This document shows, piece by piece, positions 19,904-29,046 of a DNA stretch of 64,000 nucleotides (positions are counted from its first letter, which is position 1; every line of letters starts with the position of its first letter). The translations under genes were made by a program, and so were the position numbers. Source of the DNA: a virus (Duplodnaviria; Caudoviricetes); the IMG/VR virus record IMGVR_UViG_2926471356_000005, positions 1 through 64,000 of that record; one strand, 5' to 3'. The notes beneath the pieces are model-generated. The model had not been told where the DNA came from, ran no database searches, and worked only from the letters and a program-made list of their open reading frames with translations.

Positions 19904-21571
19904 TTAACACGGTCTTTTGAACACCTCAACCTTCGCTCCTACCAGTCCACGCAGTTCATTCTCAAGCAGAGAAAGAGAGTCTGGTGCGTCATCGTGCGGC
20001 ACTTTACCAGACCGGGTGTAGGTTGTAACCTGCTTCATAAACATGGCATACTGACTGTTCCGTGCATAGAGTGACGGGTCTTTGAAGTAAAAGTGCTTGA
20101 TTATATTATCAGAAGCAAACTCAATACGGGTCTGCTTATTACTAATAGTCCTCTTCGTTCGAATATTACAGACATACTTTCGGTCGATCAAAATCTGCTG
20201 TACATCCCTGGCAAAATATGTACCTGCATTATTCGACTCAAAGGTTCCTGCCACCACAAGATTGTCCATCAGAGCCTTTGCACACTCTGGCTTCGTAACC
20301 TCTGGCGGGGAGTCATCGAACACTACATCCACTATGTAGACCTCATCTCCGTACACCGCAGCAATCGGCATAGAACAATAGTCAGCACCCTTGTCCGCAG
20401 TATCGCAGACGGCAATAATACTGTCTGGCTCACGGTCTACAGGGAGTTCAAAGTATCGGTTCAAGGACGCTTCCGGGAAAAGAATGCCCTTCGCTTCAAA
20501 CGGCTGCTGCTGAAACTCAGACTCAAACTGCTCTGCCGAAAGCATTTCTCTCTGGTCACGGAAATACTGCGTGGTGAAAACCTTCCTACCCTCACGAATG
20601 TATTCAAAGTTACTCTCATCCGTTACAGGGTCAAGAGCCGGGGTTTCAATAATCTTGCACCGCTTACCCTGCTTCTGCATTTCCTCCTGCAAATGACCGA
20701 TAGGGTCATACAGTGAATATCGTGTACCGCAGATAACGATAGGCGTACCCTCAATGGCACGTCCTATAATATCACCAGAAATGACCTCCCACTTATCATC
20801 AAGCCGCTGTCTATTTTTCGCTTCTTCACGTCCTTCAACGCAGTCATCCAGGTAGAGAAGGTTAGTTGCTTCCGAAAGACCTACCTGCCGTGCGTCAATA
20901 GAACGGCACATGACCGTAGGGAATCGGGACTTATGCAGAAGGTTGATGACTTTCGTATCGGCATTGGTCTGTACCAGTTTGCTCTCCGGGAAAATATCAT
21001 AAAAATGATAATCGTTCGGCTGCTGAATGTACTCAAGACAACCTTTATAGAAAGACTGAACAAGATCATCACCTGTACCCTCCATCAGCGTAGAGCGGTC
21101 TGGGAACTTTCCAGAAAGCATATTCGTAAAGTTAATACCAAGCTGAGACTTGCCACATCGTTTCGGCATGGAGATGGACAAGAAGTCCAGTTTTCCCTCA
21201 AGAACTTCCTGGTATCCTTCCACATACCGTCTAAGGTAATGACGGCGAGGAAGATAGAACTTCTTGTCAAGCGGCTTACCGTACTCTACCGCCTGTAAGT
21301 ATGCGTCAAAATAGTGGGGCGCACAAAACAGCAAGGAACGAAACAGCAGATTGTCAAATTCCTCTGCCGTCTTGAAATCTCTGGTATCTACTGCCAGTTT
21401 CAGTCCTGCTCTGATTTCCTCCTGCAAAGCCTGGTTCCATTCGTGAGCCAGTCGGAACTCTGTCCCCTCATAATCACGGCACAGCGCGAACTTATCATCA
21501 TAGGCTGCAACATCAAGCGGACTCTTTAGGATAGCCCGGTCAATGCTACTTTTCATCTTACTATAATCCAT
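19904..21571 (-). CDS. terL: terminase large subunit
   Basis: SMPKRCGKS Walker A, LYLDD, GTRY, HDDAPDS nuclease motif. Confidence 0.9.
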   Translation of the reverse strand: MDYSKMKSSIDRAILKSPLDVAAYDDKFALCRDYEGTEFRLAHEWNQALQEEIRAGLKLAVDTRDFKTAEEFDNLLFRSLLFCAPHYFDAYLQAVEYGKPLDKKFYLPRRHYLRRYVEGYQEVLEGKLDFLSISMPKRCGKSQLGINFTNMLSGKFPDRSTLMEGTGDDLVQSFYKGCLEYIQQPNDYHFYDIFPESKLVQTNADTKVINLLHKSRFPTVMCRSIDARQVGLSEATNLLYLDDCVEGREEAKNRQRLDDKWEVISGDIIGRAIEGTPIVICGTRYSLYDPIGHLQEEMQKQGKRCKIIETPALDPVTDESNFEYIREGRKVFTTQYFRDQREMLSAEQFESEFQQQPFEAKGILFPEASLNRYFELPVDREPDSIIAVCDTADKGADYCSMPIAAVYGDEVYIVDVVFDDSPPEVTKPECAKALMDNLVVAGTFESNNAGTYFARDVQQILIDRKYVCNIRTKRTISNKQTRIEFASDNIIKHFYFKDPSLYARNSQYAMFMKQVTTYTRSGKVPHDDAPDSLSLLENELRGLVGAKVEVFKRPC

Positions 21572-21584
21572 ACATACCTCCGTA

Positions 21585-21625
21585 AACAAAAAATGGAACC
21601 GTCAATTAAGACAGTCCCATTGGAC
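21585..21625 (-). terminator. intrinsic terminator before terL with conserved 15-mer
   Basis: Imperfect stem 21593-21603/21610-21620 plus U-tract. Confidence 0.55.
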
Positions 21626-21637
21626 AAAAACCGCAAC

Positions 21638-21790
21638 TTACTTGCAGTTATATATTAACTTAAAAGGCAGGCTCAAGCACCATACCACAGGTCTGATTAC
21701 AATGTTCCAGGTGACCCATGCACAAAGCCAGAAAAAGGATTTAATGCACCACCACAGGAACCACAGACAGCAGAACAAAATATAGAACAT
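21638..21790 (-). CDS. 50-aa Trp/Cys-rich hydrophobic peptide (not in ORF track)
   Basis: Hand translation MFYILFCCLWFLWWCIKSFFWLCAWVTWNIVIRPVVWCLSLPFKLIYNCK; AAAGGA upstream. Confidence 0.55.
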   Translation of the reverse strand: MFYILFCCLWFLWWCIKSFFWLCAWVTWNIVIRPVVWCLSLPFKLIYNCK

Positions 21791-21815
21791 GGTTTCACCA
21801 TCCTTTCTCTTAGCG

Positions 21816-21904
21816 TGGTAGGGTAAATCAGAAAATCTGTATAAGTTTTCTTAGTAGAGTCTTTACTATAAAAACTTAGTGAAAAACTCGATTTTACCCT
21901 ACCA
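21816..21904. repeat. 89-bp imperfect palindrome, copy A
   Basis: TGGTAGGGTAAA...TTTACCCTACCA; aligns without gaps to reverse complement of 25424-25512. Confidence 0.85.
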
Positions 21905-22145
21905 TGTCTGTCTGACCAACCTCATATCCACCTTCGGGGGTAGGCGTTTCATCGGGAACAACCACGATTTTATATCCCATAACGCTCAACATATTACCCA
22001 GTTTTGCGACTGTAGTGTTATCGCTCTTCTTTGGATTCAGTCTATCCCAGAGAGCCGCCTGCGTAATTCCAAGGGTCTTTGCCATCTCAGCATTCGTTAT
22101 ATCATGCTCTACCATCAGAGTCTTAATCAGTTCTTTTGAAGTCAT
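21894..22145 (-). CDS. XRE-type HTH regulator
   Basis: ITNAEMAKTLGITQAALWDRL. Confidence 0.8.
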   Translation of the reverse strand: MTSKELIKTLMVEHDITNAEMAKTLGITQAALWDRLNPKKSDNTTVAKLGNMLSVMGYKIVVVPDETPTPEGGYEVGQTDMVG

Positions 22146-22160
22146 ACGTTTTCCTCCTGT

Positions 22161-22421
22161 TCAAGATAAGGATAGCATTAAAGTTTTATCTTGTCAAGTT
22201 ATATCTTGATTCTTTTTTATTTTTGCGGGATTTTCCAGGCTCACCCACCCAGGCTGCCTGGGGTCTGTATCCCCCGCCGGGGGTCTGTCCCTGGGATGAT
22301 CTGGACAGCCTGCACCACAGGCAGAACGGCGGGACGTGGTGAAAAAGTTTAAAAGCTTTTCAAGAAATATCTTGACAATAAAGATATATCTTGATATACT
22401 TGCATCAAGATAAAACTTGAT
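22161..22421. promoter_or_regulatory. divergent sigma-A promoters with TATCTTG/CAAGATA operator-like repeats
   Basis: + TTGACA(22372)-17-TATACT(22395); - TTGACA(22197)-17-TATCCT(22174). Confidence 0.7.
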
Positions 22422-22482
22422 AAACAAGTTTGAAATCACAGCCGCCCGCCAGGGCAGCACCAACAAATTGGAGGTTAATATT

Positions 22483-22875
22483 ATGTATGATTATTTAGAG
22501 CATGTGATCGCAGACGTTAAGGACTATGTAGAAGAAGAAATTGACTTGACAGAATGGGCAGGTAACCGGGACGGATTAGAAGAAGAATTAAACGATGATC
22601 TTTGGACGTGCGACAGCGTCACGGGCAACGCTTCCGGGTCTTACTATTATAACGCCTGGAAAGCTGAGGAAGCATTAGCGCACAATTGGGATTTATTAGC
22701 GGAAGCCCTGGAAGAGTTCGGACAGGACGGAACGGACGTATTAAGAGAAGGCGCGGAAGCTATGGACGTAACAATTAGATGTTATCTGTTAGGGCAGGCT
22801 GTAGCCGCTGTACTTGATGACCTGGAAGAAGATGGAGCGTTTGAAGAAGAGGAAGAAGAGGAAGAAGAGAACTAA
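22483..22875 (+). CDS. very acidic protein, candidate Ocr-like DNA mimic
   Basis: 130 aa, about 41 D/E vs 5 K/R, poly-E tail; GGAGG RBS. Confidence 0.55.
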   Translation: MYDYLEHVIADVKDYVEEEIDLTEWAGNRDGLEEELNDDLWTCDSVTGNASGSYYYNAWKAEEALAHNWDLLAEALEEFGQDGTDVLREGAEAMDVTIRCYLLGQAVAAVLDDLEEDGAFEEEEEEEEEN

Positions 22876-23012
22876 TAAACACGTTGCGCCGTGTATAAAT
22901 AGCCAGTTAAGGCGCAAGCGTCCCGGCACTTTGCCGGGGGTCTGGAAAGTGTAGGCTTTCAAACCTGCACCACAGAAAAAGAACCGATAAATAGCAAAAT
23001 GCACAAAGGAGG

Positions 23013-23291
23013 GTGCAAGCTGGGATGAAATACGATAATTGCAAAATGACGGACAACGAAAACACTGTATATAATTATTTTAATACGGTTATTGTCAACG
23101 GGTGGACGTGGCAACGTCTAACCCCGGAAGAGCGGGAACGCTTCAAAACTTGCGTTGATTTTAGCAGAATTAAAGGAAACGCAAGGCAGCGGGTCGAAGT
23201 GCTTAATATGCTTTATAGTGCATTCTTGCACGGTATAGGCTACAAGCCTATAGGGTGGAGAGAATCAGACCCCGAAGCCCCAAATTTTTAA
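23013..23291 (+). CDS. hypothetical protein
   Basis: ORF with AAGGAGG upstream; exact start uncertain. Confidence 0.6.
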   Translation: MQAGMKYDNCKMTDNENTVYNYFNTVIVNGWTWQRLTPEERERFKTCVDFSRIKGNARQRVEVLNMLYSAFLHGIGYKPIGWRESDPEAPNF

Positions 23292-23312
23292 CAGAAAGAA
23301 GGTTATAAAGCT

Positions 23313-23582
23313 ATGACTAAATTAGATCGCTTGTTTTTACGTCTTGAAAAAGACGGCTTTACCGTCAAAAAAAGTGAGCTTTGCAATATTGATTGTACAG
23401 GGCTCAACGCCCCGGTTTTAATTATTGATACCAATTATGAAGGGCTGTACCCGCCTAAATCGGTATTCGATAAACTGGGAATGATCAGGCATATTTGTAA
23501 AAACCGTTTTTCAGTGCAGGCACGCGGCTATTATACAGCCGTATTTATTCGCGAATGGTTACCCGATGAAAAGCACTTATAA
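23313..23582 (+). CDS. hypothetical protein
   Basis: 89-aa ORF in same operon. Confidence 0.6.
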   Translation: MTKLDRLFLRLEKDGFTVKKSELCNIDCTGLNAPVLIIDTNYEGLYPPKSVFDKLGMIRHICKNRFSVQARGYYTAVFIREWLPDEKHL

Positions 23583-23632
23583 AACAGCCCCGCCGCCGTG
23601 CGGGGTATTCTTATATAAGGAGGCGTAAAACA

Positions 23633-24367
23633 TTGTTTAGAAAGACCTGGGAAACACCACAGGGGCACTATTATAACCTGTATGCCGATATGCTACAACA
23701 ACCGCATTTACTTGTAGCGGGGGCAACGGGTAGCGGAAAAAGCGTGATCATAAACGGCATAATAACAACGGCATTAAAGGACAGCCCCGCCGCCGTGCAA
23801 TTTATATTTATAGACCCTAAACGGGTTGAACTTGTAGACTTTAGACCGTTGCCGCATACGCTTAATTATGCAAGTGAACCGGGGGGCATGGTACAGGCTT
23901 TACAGCTTGCCATAGATACCACAGAACGCCGCTATAAAGAAATGCAACGGCAACACCTTAAACAATACCCGGGTGGGGCGGTATACGTTGTTATAGATGA
24001 GCTTGCGGACTTAATGACCACAGCCCGCCGCCAGGTGCAGCCGCTTATACAACGCCTTGCGCAAATAGGCAGAGCCGCAAACGTCCACGTTATAGCCGCC
24101 ACACAATGCCCATTATCCGCTGTCATCCCTACCCCGATAAAAGTAAACTTTGATAGCCGGATAGGACTTAGAACCCGTAGCAGGCAGGACAGCCGCAATA
24201 TTTTAGGCGTTCCCGGTTGTGAGTGCCTGCCCCGTTACGGACAGGGGTATTATATGACCCCGGCAGGCTTGACGCTGTACAATATACCCATGTACAGCCC
24301 CGCCGAGGTACAGCGGCTTATAAACTATTGGAAGCACCACAGCCGCCCTAACTTGCGTTGGTTATAA
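23633..24367 (+). CDS. stand-alone FtsK/SpoIIIE ATPase domain
   Basis: PHLLVAGATGSGKS, FIDPKRVEL, VVIDELADLM, GRAA..HVIAATQ. Confidence 0.9.
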   Translation: MFRKTWETPQGHYYNLYADMLQQPHLLVAGATGSGKSVIINGIITTALKDSPAAVQFIFIDPKRVELVDFRPLPHTLNYASEPGGMVQALQLAIDTTERRYKEMQRQHLKQYPGGAVYVVIDELADLMTTARRQVQPLIQRLAQIGRAANVHVIAATQCPLSAVIPTPIKVNFDSRIGLRTRSRQDSRNILGVPGCECLPRYGQGYYMTPAGLTLYNIPMYSPAEVQRLINYWKHHSRPNLRWL

Positions 24368-24673
24368 CGCACGAAATCCCGGACAGGTTCACAGCCTGCC
24401 GGGGTTCTTTTATGTCTATTTATATGCCCTCACAGCCCCACAGAGCCGCCCAGGACGGGCGCAAGCCATGCGGGGCTATACACTTATACTATAACAGGAT
24501 AAAAAGCCGTCAAAAGGGCGCAGAGCGTCCACGGCAGCACCCCGGGCGGCGGGTGGTCTGTCCCTGTCCCACGCCTTGAACGCATGGTAAACCCCCGCAG
24601 CCTGGGCGGGTGGGTCTGCCGCAGGGTAGGCAGCAGGCGGGCAGGGGTTGCCGCTCTTCTGCGACTTTTGAAA

Positions 24674-25339
24674 TTAGTCTTTCTGCCCTTCTGCCCCTTC
24701 TGGGCTTTCTGTGATTTCTGTAAAAGTCCCTTCTGCGACTTCTGAGCCGTCATAGGCACTTTCAAGATATTTCTGCTCAAGGGCTTTCATGTCCTTCTGC
24801 TCTCCAAGAGGATTGTTCGGGGTAAGTACCATTTCTGTCTGATCTTTCATGCCGTCATAGTTCTTCTGCCAGAAGATACCAGTGACGGGGTTTACCTTGC
24901 CGTCCTGCATAAGACCTTCGCGAAAAACGCCGCAAAACTGGCGAACTTTTTTGATAAAGTCAGCGCGGGCGGGGTTCCCCTTCGTGACATTCTCCCACTC
25001 CCATGCCTGTTCCTTCGTGATACCAATAGCCATATACGCAGCCTGGTTGCCTACCTTCATATCCCACTCAGAACACTTCTGCACATAATTCAAGAACCGT
25101 CTTTCCATTTCTGGCACATCCTGCAAGTCCAGAGGTTCCTTCGGCATGATCTCCATCATAAAGGCAGTCACTTTCGCATTGTACCCTTCTGGCATTTCTA
25201 TCTTCTGAGCCTGCATAATAGGACTGTTCTCCCTGGCTTTCACCAGATTCTTAGGACTGCTTTCTTGATACCCTTCTGTTCTTCTGGGCTTTCTGTCCCG
25301 GCTTCCCTTCGGTCTGCCCATCTTCTTTTCTTCTGCCAT
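24674..25339 (-). CDS. terS: terminase small subunit (gp3-like)
   Basis: MGRPKG N-terminus, VTGIFWQKNYDGMKDQ; position. Confidence 0.7.
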   Translation of the reverse strand: MAEEKKMGRPKGSRDRKPRRTEGYQESSPKNLVKARENSPIMQAQKIEMPEGYNAKVTAFMMEIMPKEPLDLQDVPEMERRFLNYVQKCSEWDMKVGNQAAYMAIGITKEQAWEWENVTKGNPARADFIKKVRQFCGVFREGLMQDGKVNPVTGIFWQKNYDGMKDQTEMVLTPNNPLGEQKDMKALEQKYLESAYDGSEVAEGTFTEITESPEGAEGQKD

Positions 25340-25423
25340 TGTCCTTCTGCACCTCCTTCTGCTCACGCTTCCATCTTTCTACATAAGACTCCATGTTTGT
25401 CTCCTTTCTGTCGGACATGAGGT

Positions 25424-25512
25424 TGGTAGGGCAAATTCAATTTTTACAGTAAGTTTTTATAGATACGCGCGTACTAAGAAAACTTATAGTAAAATCTTAT
25501 TTTACCCTACCA
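25424..25512. repeat. 89-bp imperfect palindrome, copy B
   Basis: Immediately 3' of D5 helicase gene; inverted relative to copy A. Confidence 0.85.
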
Positions 25513-25518
25513 ACCCTA

Positions 25519-26997
25519 CTAATTTTGCCTTAAAGCTACTCCATAATAGAACAAAACGCCCTGGGTAACTGCCTTATCTGCATACCATTCCGGGTGTGCT
25601 GTCAGTTCTGCATTGAATTTCTTCATGCTGCACACATAATACCCATTGCCCTTGCACCACATTTTGTAGTTATCATAGAGGGACTTCGCACGGGTCTTAC
25701 CTTCTGCATTCCGCTCACACTTCTCTTCCAGGAATTGCTGTACCAGGTCATTGTCCTTTTCATACTGCTTAATGACCTTCTGCATACCCTGGGACATTTT
25801 CAGCCCGAAGCGGATATACTTGAAGTAGCCTGCTACCAACCATGTGAATATACCCCGCATTGCTTCTGGGGTTTCAAAGTAGTCCTTGAGTCCCTTGTCC
25901 TGTTCGTCATCGTTGAAGTGGCGGTTGAACTCAATCACTCGCACACGGTCAGATGCAAACAGGCTCTTGTCCTTTACGGACGGCAGGTCATTACAGGACA
26001 ACCACATGGTAAACTGCGGCTTGAAGGTAATTGCAGACTGGTAAAGTTCACGGGCGGTAATGTCCTCACCACCTGTGTACTGTTTAATCGTGGCTTCGTC
26101 CAGTTTGCCTGCGGTATCTGACTCACTCATGGTGACCATGCGCTTACCTTTCAGCTTTGCCAGTACCGGGTTCGCTGCTTCTGCGTTCTTCTGGCGGTCA
26201 CCACGGCAGATAAGTTCCACAGGAGCCACGGTTGAGTAGTCACCAAGCAAGTGCTGAATAGCGTCAAGCATGGTACTTTTACCGTTGCGGGTGGTCTTAC
26301 CGTGGAGGATGAACATACATTCTTCCTTGCTTGTACCTAAGATTGAATAACCCAAAGCCCTCTGCAAGTAGTCTGCCTTGTCCGCTTCGTTCTGGGTAAC
26401 TTCCTTGATGAACTGTTCCCATCGTGGGCAGGTAACTTCCTGCAAGGTGTATTCAAAATTGGTCTGCATGGTCAAGAAATCATCCCATCTATGCTCACGG
26501 AACTTCATGTGTTCCAGGTCATAAGTACCGTTCAGACAGTTAATCAGATAAGGGTGAGTGTCAAACTGTGCTGCCGCAATCTTCATGCTGTCCGCAGCGT
26601 CCTTCATAAGACGGTCACGGAAACGGCGGTCACCCATCTTTCCAACAAAAGCCATGTACTGCTTGCGCTTTTCCTCATCGGTGATTTCTCCGCAGTACAA
26701 AGCCATGAGTCGCACAAACTCCTTAATCTTTGCAGAAACCAGAAGCGCACCCACATCCTTGTGCCACTTGCCAGTTTCATATGTGTACCAGGACTTTGCT
26801 TCTGGGCAGTAGCGGGTGTCATTCTGATAGCACTCAGAGAAGAGGTCAGCCATGCCCGCTTCATCCCAGGAGTACCCCGTGGAATCATCCTGGTAGGCGG
26901 TTTCCGGGTGGTGGTCTTTAATGTAATACAGCTTTCTGCTTATGTCCTCAGAGGTAATGTACCTGCCATTGGACAACTGAAATAACTCATCACTCAC
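25519..26997 (-). CDS. D5/P4-type SF3 primase-associated helicase
   Basis: INCLNGTYDL (D5_N), GKTTRNGKST, TGGEDITARELY. Confidence 0.9.
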   Translation of the reverse strand: MSDELFQLSNGRYITSEDISRKLYYIKDHHPETAYQDDSTGYSWDEAGMADLFSECYQNDTRYCPEAKSWYTYETGKWHKDVGALLVSAKIKEFVRLMALYCGEITDEEKRKQYMAFVGKMGDRRFRDRLMKDAADSMKIAAAQFDTHPYLINCLNGTYDLEHMKFREHRWDDFLTMQTNFEYTLQEVTCPRWEQFIKEVTQNEADKADYLQRALGYSILGTSKEECMFILHGKTTRNGKSTMLDAIQHLLGDYSTVAPVELICRGDRQKNAEAANPVLAKLKGKRMVTMSESDTAGKLDEATIKQYTGGEDITARELYQSAITFKPQFTMWLSCNDLPSVKDKSLFASDRVRVIEFNRHFNDDEQDKGLKDYFETPEAMRGIFTWLVAGYFKYIRFGLKMSQGMQKVIKQYEKDNDLVQQFLEEKCERNAEGKTRAKSLYDNYKMWCKGNGYYVCSMKKFNAELTAHPEWYADKAVTQGVLFYYGVALRQN

Positions 26998-27425
26998 TCT
27001 CCTGTACCTCCTTCCAGGTGGGCTTCAAACCACTCTTTCTGCTTCTTTGCCTGCAATGCAGTACGCTTGCAAGCCCTGGCAGAAGCAGCACAATCTTTTG
27101 CATACTTCTTCCAGTCTTTCTTCTGCTCTTTCGTCAGTGGGAGTCCCGCCGGGGTCTTGCCATCGGCAAGTTGATGTTCATAGTCAGCGGCTCTGTCCTG
27201 GTAATCCCAGTAGGCTTTACCCTCACGCTGAAAAACTTCTTCACATTCGGAAATACGCTTCCGGAAGAATGCCTGCATTTGCTTGAACAGGGCTTCTGCG
27301 TGTTCTACGTCCATCGCAATATACTTTTTCAGCTTATTGAGTTTCCCGGCAGTACAAGGGAAGAAAGCGAGCATATAGATTGCCATGTGTCCAGAACTCC
27401 ACTGGATACTCAGTATATTATCCAT
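26994..27425 (-). CDS. hypothetical protein
   Basis: Coupled ORF in replication operon. Confidence 0.6.
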   Translation of the reverse strand: MDNILSIQWSSGHMAIYMLAFFPCTAGKLNKLKKYIAMDVEHAEALFKQMQAFFRKRISECEEVFQREGKAYWDYQDRAADYEHQLADGKTPAGLPLTKEQKKDWKKYAKDCAASARACKRTALQAKKQKEWFEAHLEGGTGE

Positions 27426-27625
27426 TGTGCCTTTCCTCCTTTTTTTTTCTTTTTCCTTTGCTCGATTTTTTCAACTCTGTGCGGAAGTCCGTTGTACATC
27501 TTCGCATATTCTCTTGCGTCAGACTTTTTCTCACAGAAACTACCCATACAGGGAATGTAGGGAAAACCTTCTGCGTGGCAGTACCACATACCTGTTGACT
27601 TTTCCTGCGATATGGTATAAGCCAT
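27410..27625 (-). CDS. hypothetical protein
   Basis: GGAGG RBS before MAYTISQ. Confidence 0.55.
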   Translation of the reverse strand: MAYTISQEKSTGMWYCHAEGFPYIPCMGSFCEKKSDAREYAKMYNGLPHRVEKIEQRKKKKKGGKAQWIIY

Positions 27626-27632
27626 TCTTAAA

Positions 27633-28424
27633 TCACCTCCTGTACCTGCTGATACTTTCTGCAATGATCTGTAGTTCTCTATCCGGTAACGGTGGCTTAC
27701 ACACTTCTACGTTGACTCTCTGTAATTCCTGATAAATCTGTATCGGCGTGTATCCTGTGTTGTGCAACGCTCCTGCCAGACTGGTAAGAGATATGTTTCT
27801 GCCGCCGTCCGGGATTTCCGGGTAGTCCGGTCTTACGAATATCTTTCCGTTTGCAGGTTTCGGAAATTTAGGAGAATAGATACGCTGTACCATACCTGAG
27901 TTGTTCCCGGTCTTTTCTGTCTCTTTGAAGTACTTCTCTACCACATAATCAATGGCTTCCTGGTTCTCAATGATGGTCGGAAAGATAAGCTGCTTCCCGG
28001 TCATTATAAAGAACCTGCGGGCTTTATAAATCTCAACCCCCGCAAGGTTGTTCTTGCCGTGGAATGGAAGTGTACCCCGCAGCAGGATATGTACGCCACG
28101 TCCACTTCTGGACTTCTCTGTGTAGGACTTGCAGGCGGTCATAATATCGGCGCAAAGAGGGGTCATAAGACCATCCTCAAAGCCTGCGTCAATATCAATA
28201 CCAACCAGTCCATTGTCTGCGAACACAAATCCAAGGTTATCATAGTAGCCGTTCTCTACTGCCCACTCTGCCTGCTCAAAGGAACTCCATGTATCTGGGG
28301 CAGTAGAGGAAGCGGCTTTCTTCTCAAAGGCTTTCATGGGAATTTTGGAGTTATCCCAGGCACACACCCACTGATTCATTTTCTTTAATTCCTCTGGTAT
28401 TTTGGAATAATCCTTCATTCCCAC
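27633..28424 (-). CDS. AEP-family primase with PriCT-1 domain
   Basis: GIDID, SRSGRGVH, GGRNISLTSLAG...PPLPDREL. Confidence 0.85.
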   Translation of the reverse strand: MGMKDYSKIPEELKKMNQWVCAWDNSKIPMKAFEKKAASSTAPDTWSSFEQAEWAVENGYYDNLGFVFADNGLVGIDIDAGFEDGLMTPLCADIMTACKSYTEKSRSGRGVHILLRGTLPFHGKNNLAGVEIYKARRFFIMTGKQLIFPTIIENQEAIDYVVEKYFKETEKTGNNSGMVQRIYSPKFPKPANGKIFVRPDYPEIPDGGRNISLTSLAGALHNTGYTPIQIYQELQRVNVEVCKPPLPDRELQIIAESISRYRR

Positions 28425-28431
28425 ACTCTCC

Positions 28432-29046
28432 TTATCCTGTGATTAACTGACTGTACGGCAGGGTTTCCACCCACTTGCAGAACTCACGCCACTCATCCAG
28501 TTTGTGATTCTGGCGGGAATGGTACATATTCTTGAGAACAGCATAGTTAAGCTGTACGGTTCTCTTCTGGTTGTAACAGGTTGGTAACATTTGAATCATC
28601 TGCCACCAGTCCTTCTTGTCCTTTCTCTGCAAGAAATCCAGTCGGGCATTATTCATAGCGTCAATAATCGTGCAGAACACAATGAGGTTCGTAACGGAGA
28701 GGTGTTCCGTGCTGAAATCGCTCAGAACGAACTCCTTTGCCTGGATTTTGTGCATGGTGGAACAGGAGTTTGCTACAGTGCCTACCTTGTAGGTATCGTA
28801 TTCCTTCCACCAATACAGGGGAGCGGTAATGTCTGCGGTCACGGTAATCATACGCAGGTACTTACCGTGATCAGTTCCCGCAGCACCCAGGGTTTCCATC
28901 AGCTTTAAGTCATTGTCACCTACTGCGTACTTCCCACAATCTACAGCAGGATAGCTGTCTGACTTTTCCCAGGAGTTCTTCGGGTTTCTCATACCACGGA
29001 TAGCCGCCTGCCATCCGTAGGTTTCGACTTCGTCAATCTTTATCAC
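28432..29046 (-). CDS. ThyX-related phage protein
   Basis: AAIRGMRNP, APLYWWKEYDTY, YHSRQNHKLDEW; canonical RHR motif not seen. Confidence 0.5.
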   Translation of the reverse strand: MIKIDEVETYGWQAAIRGMRNPKNSWEKSDSYPAVDCGKYAVGDNDLKLMETLGAAGTDHGKYLRMITVTADITAPLYWWKEYDTYKVGTVANSCSTMHKIQAKEFVLSDFSTEHLSVTNLIVFCTIIDAMNNARLDFLQRKDKKDWWQMIQMLPTCYNQKRTVQLNYAVLKNMYHSRQNHKLDEWREFCKWVETLPYSQLITG

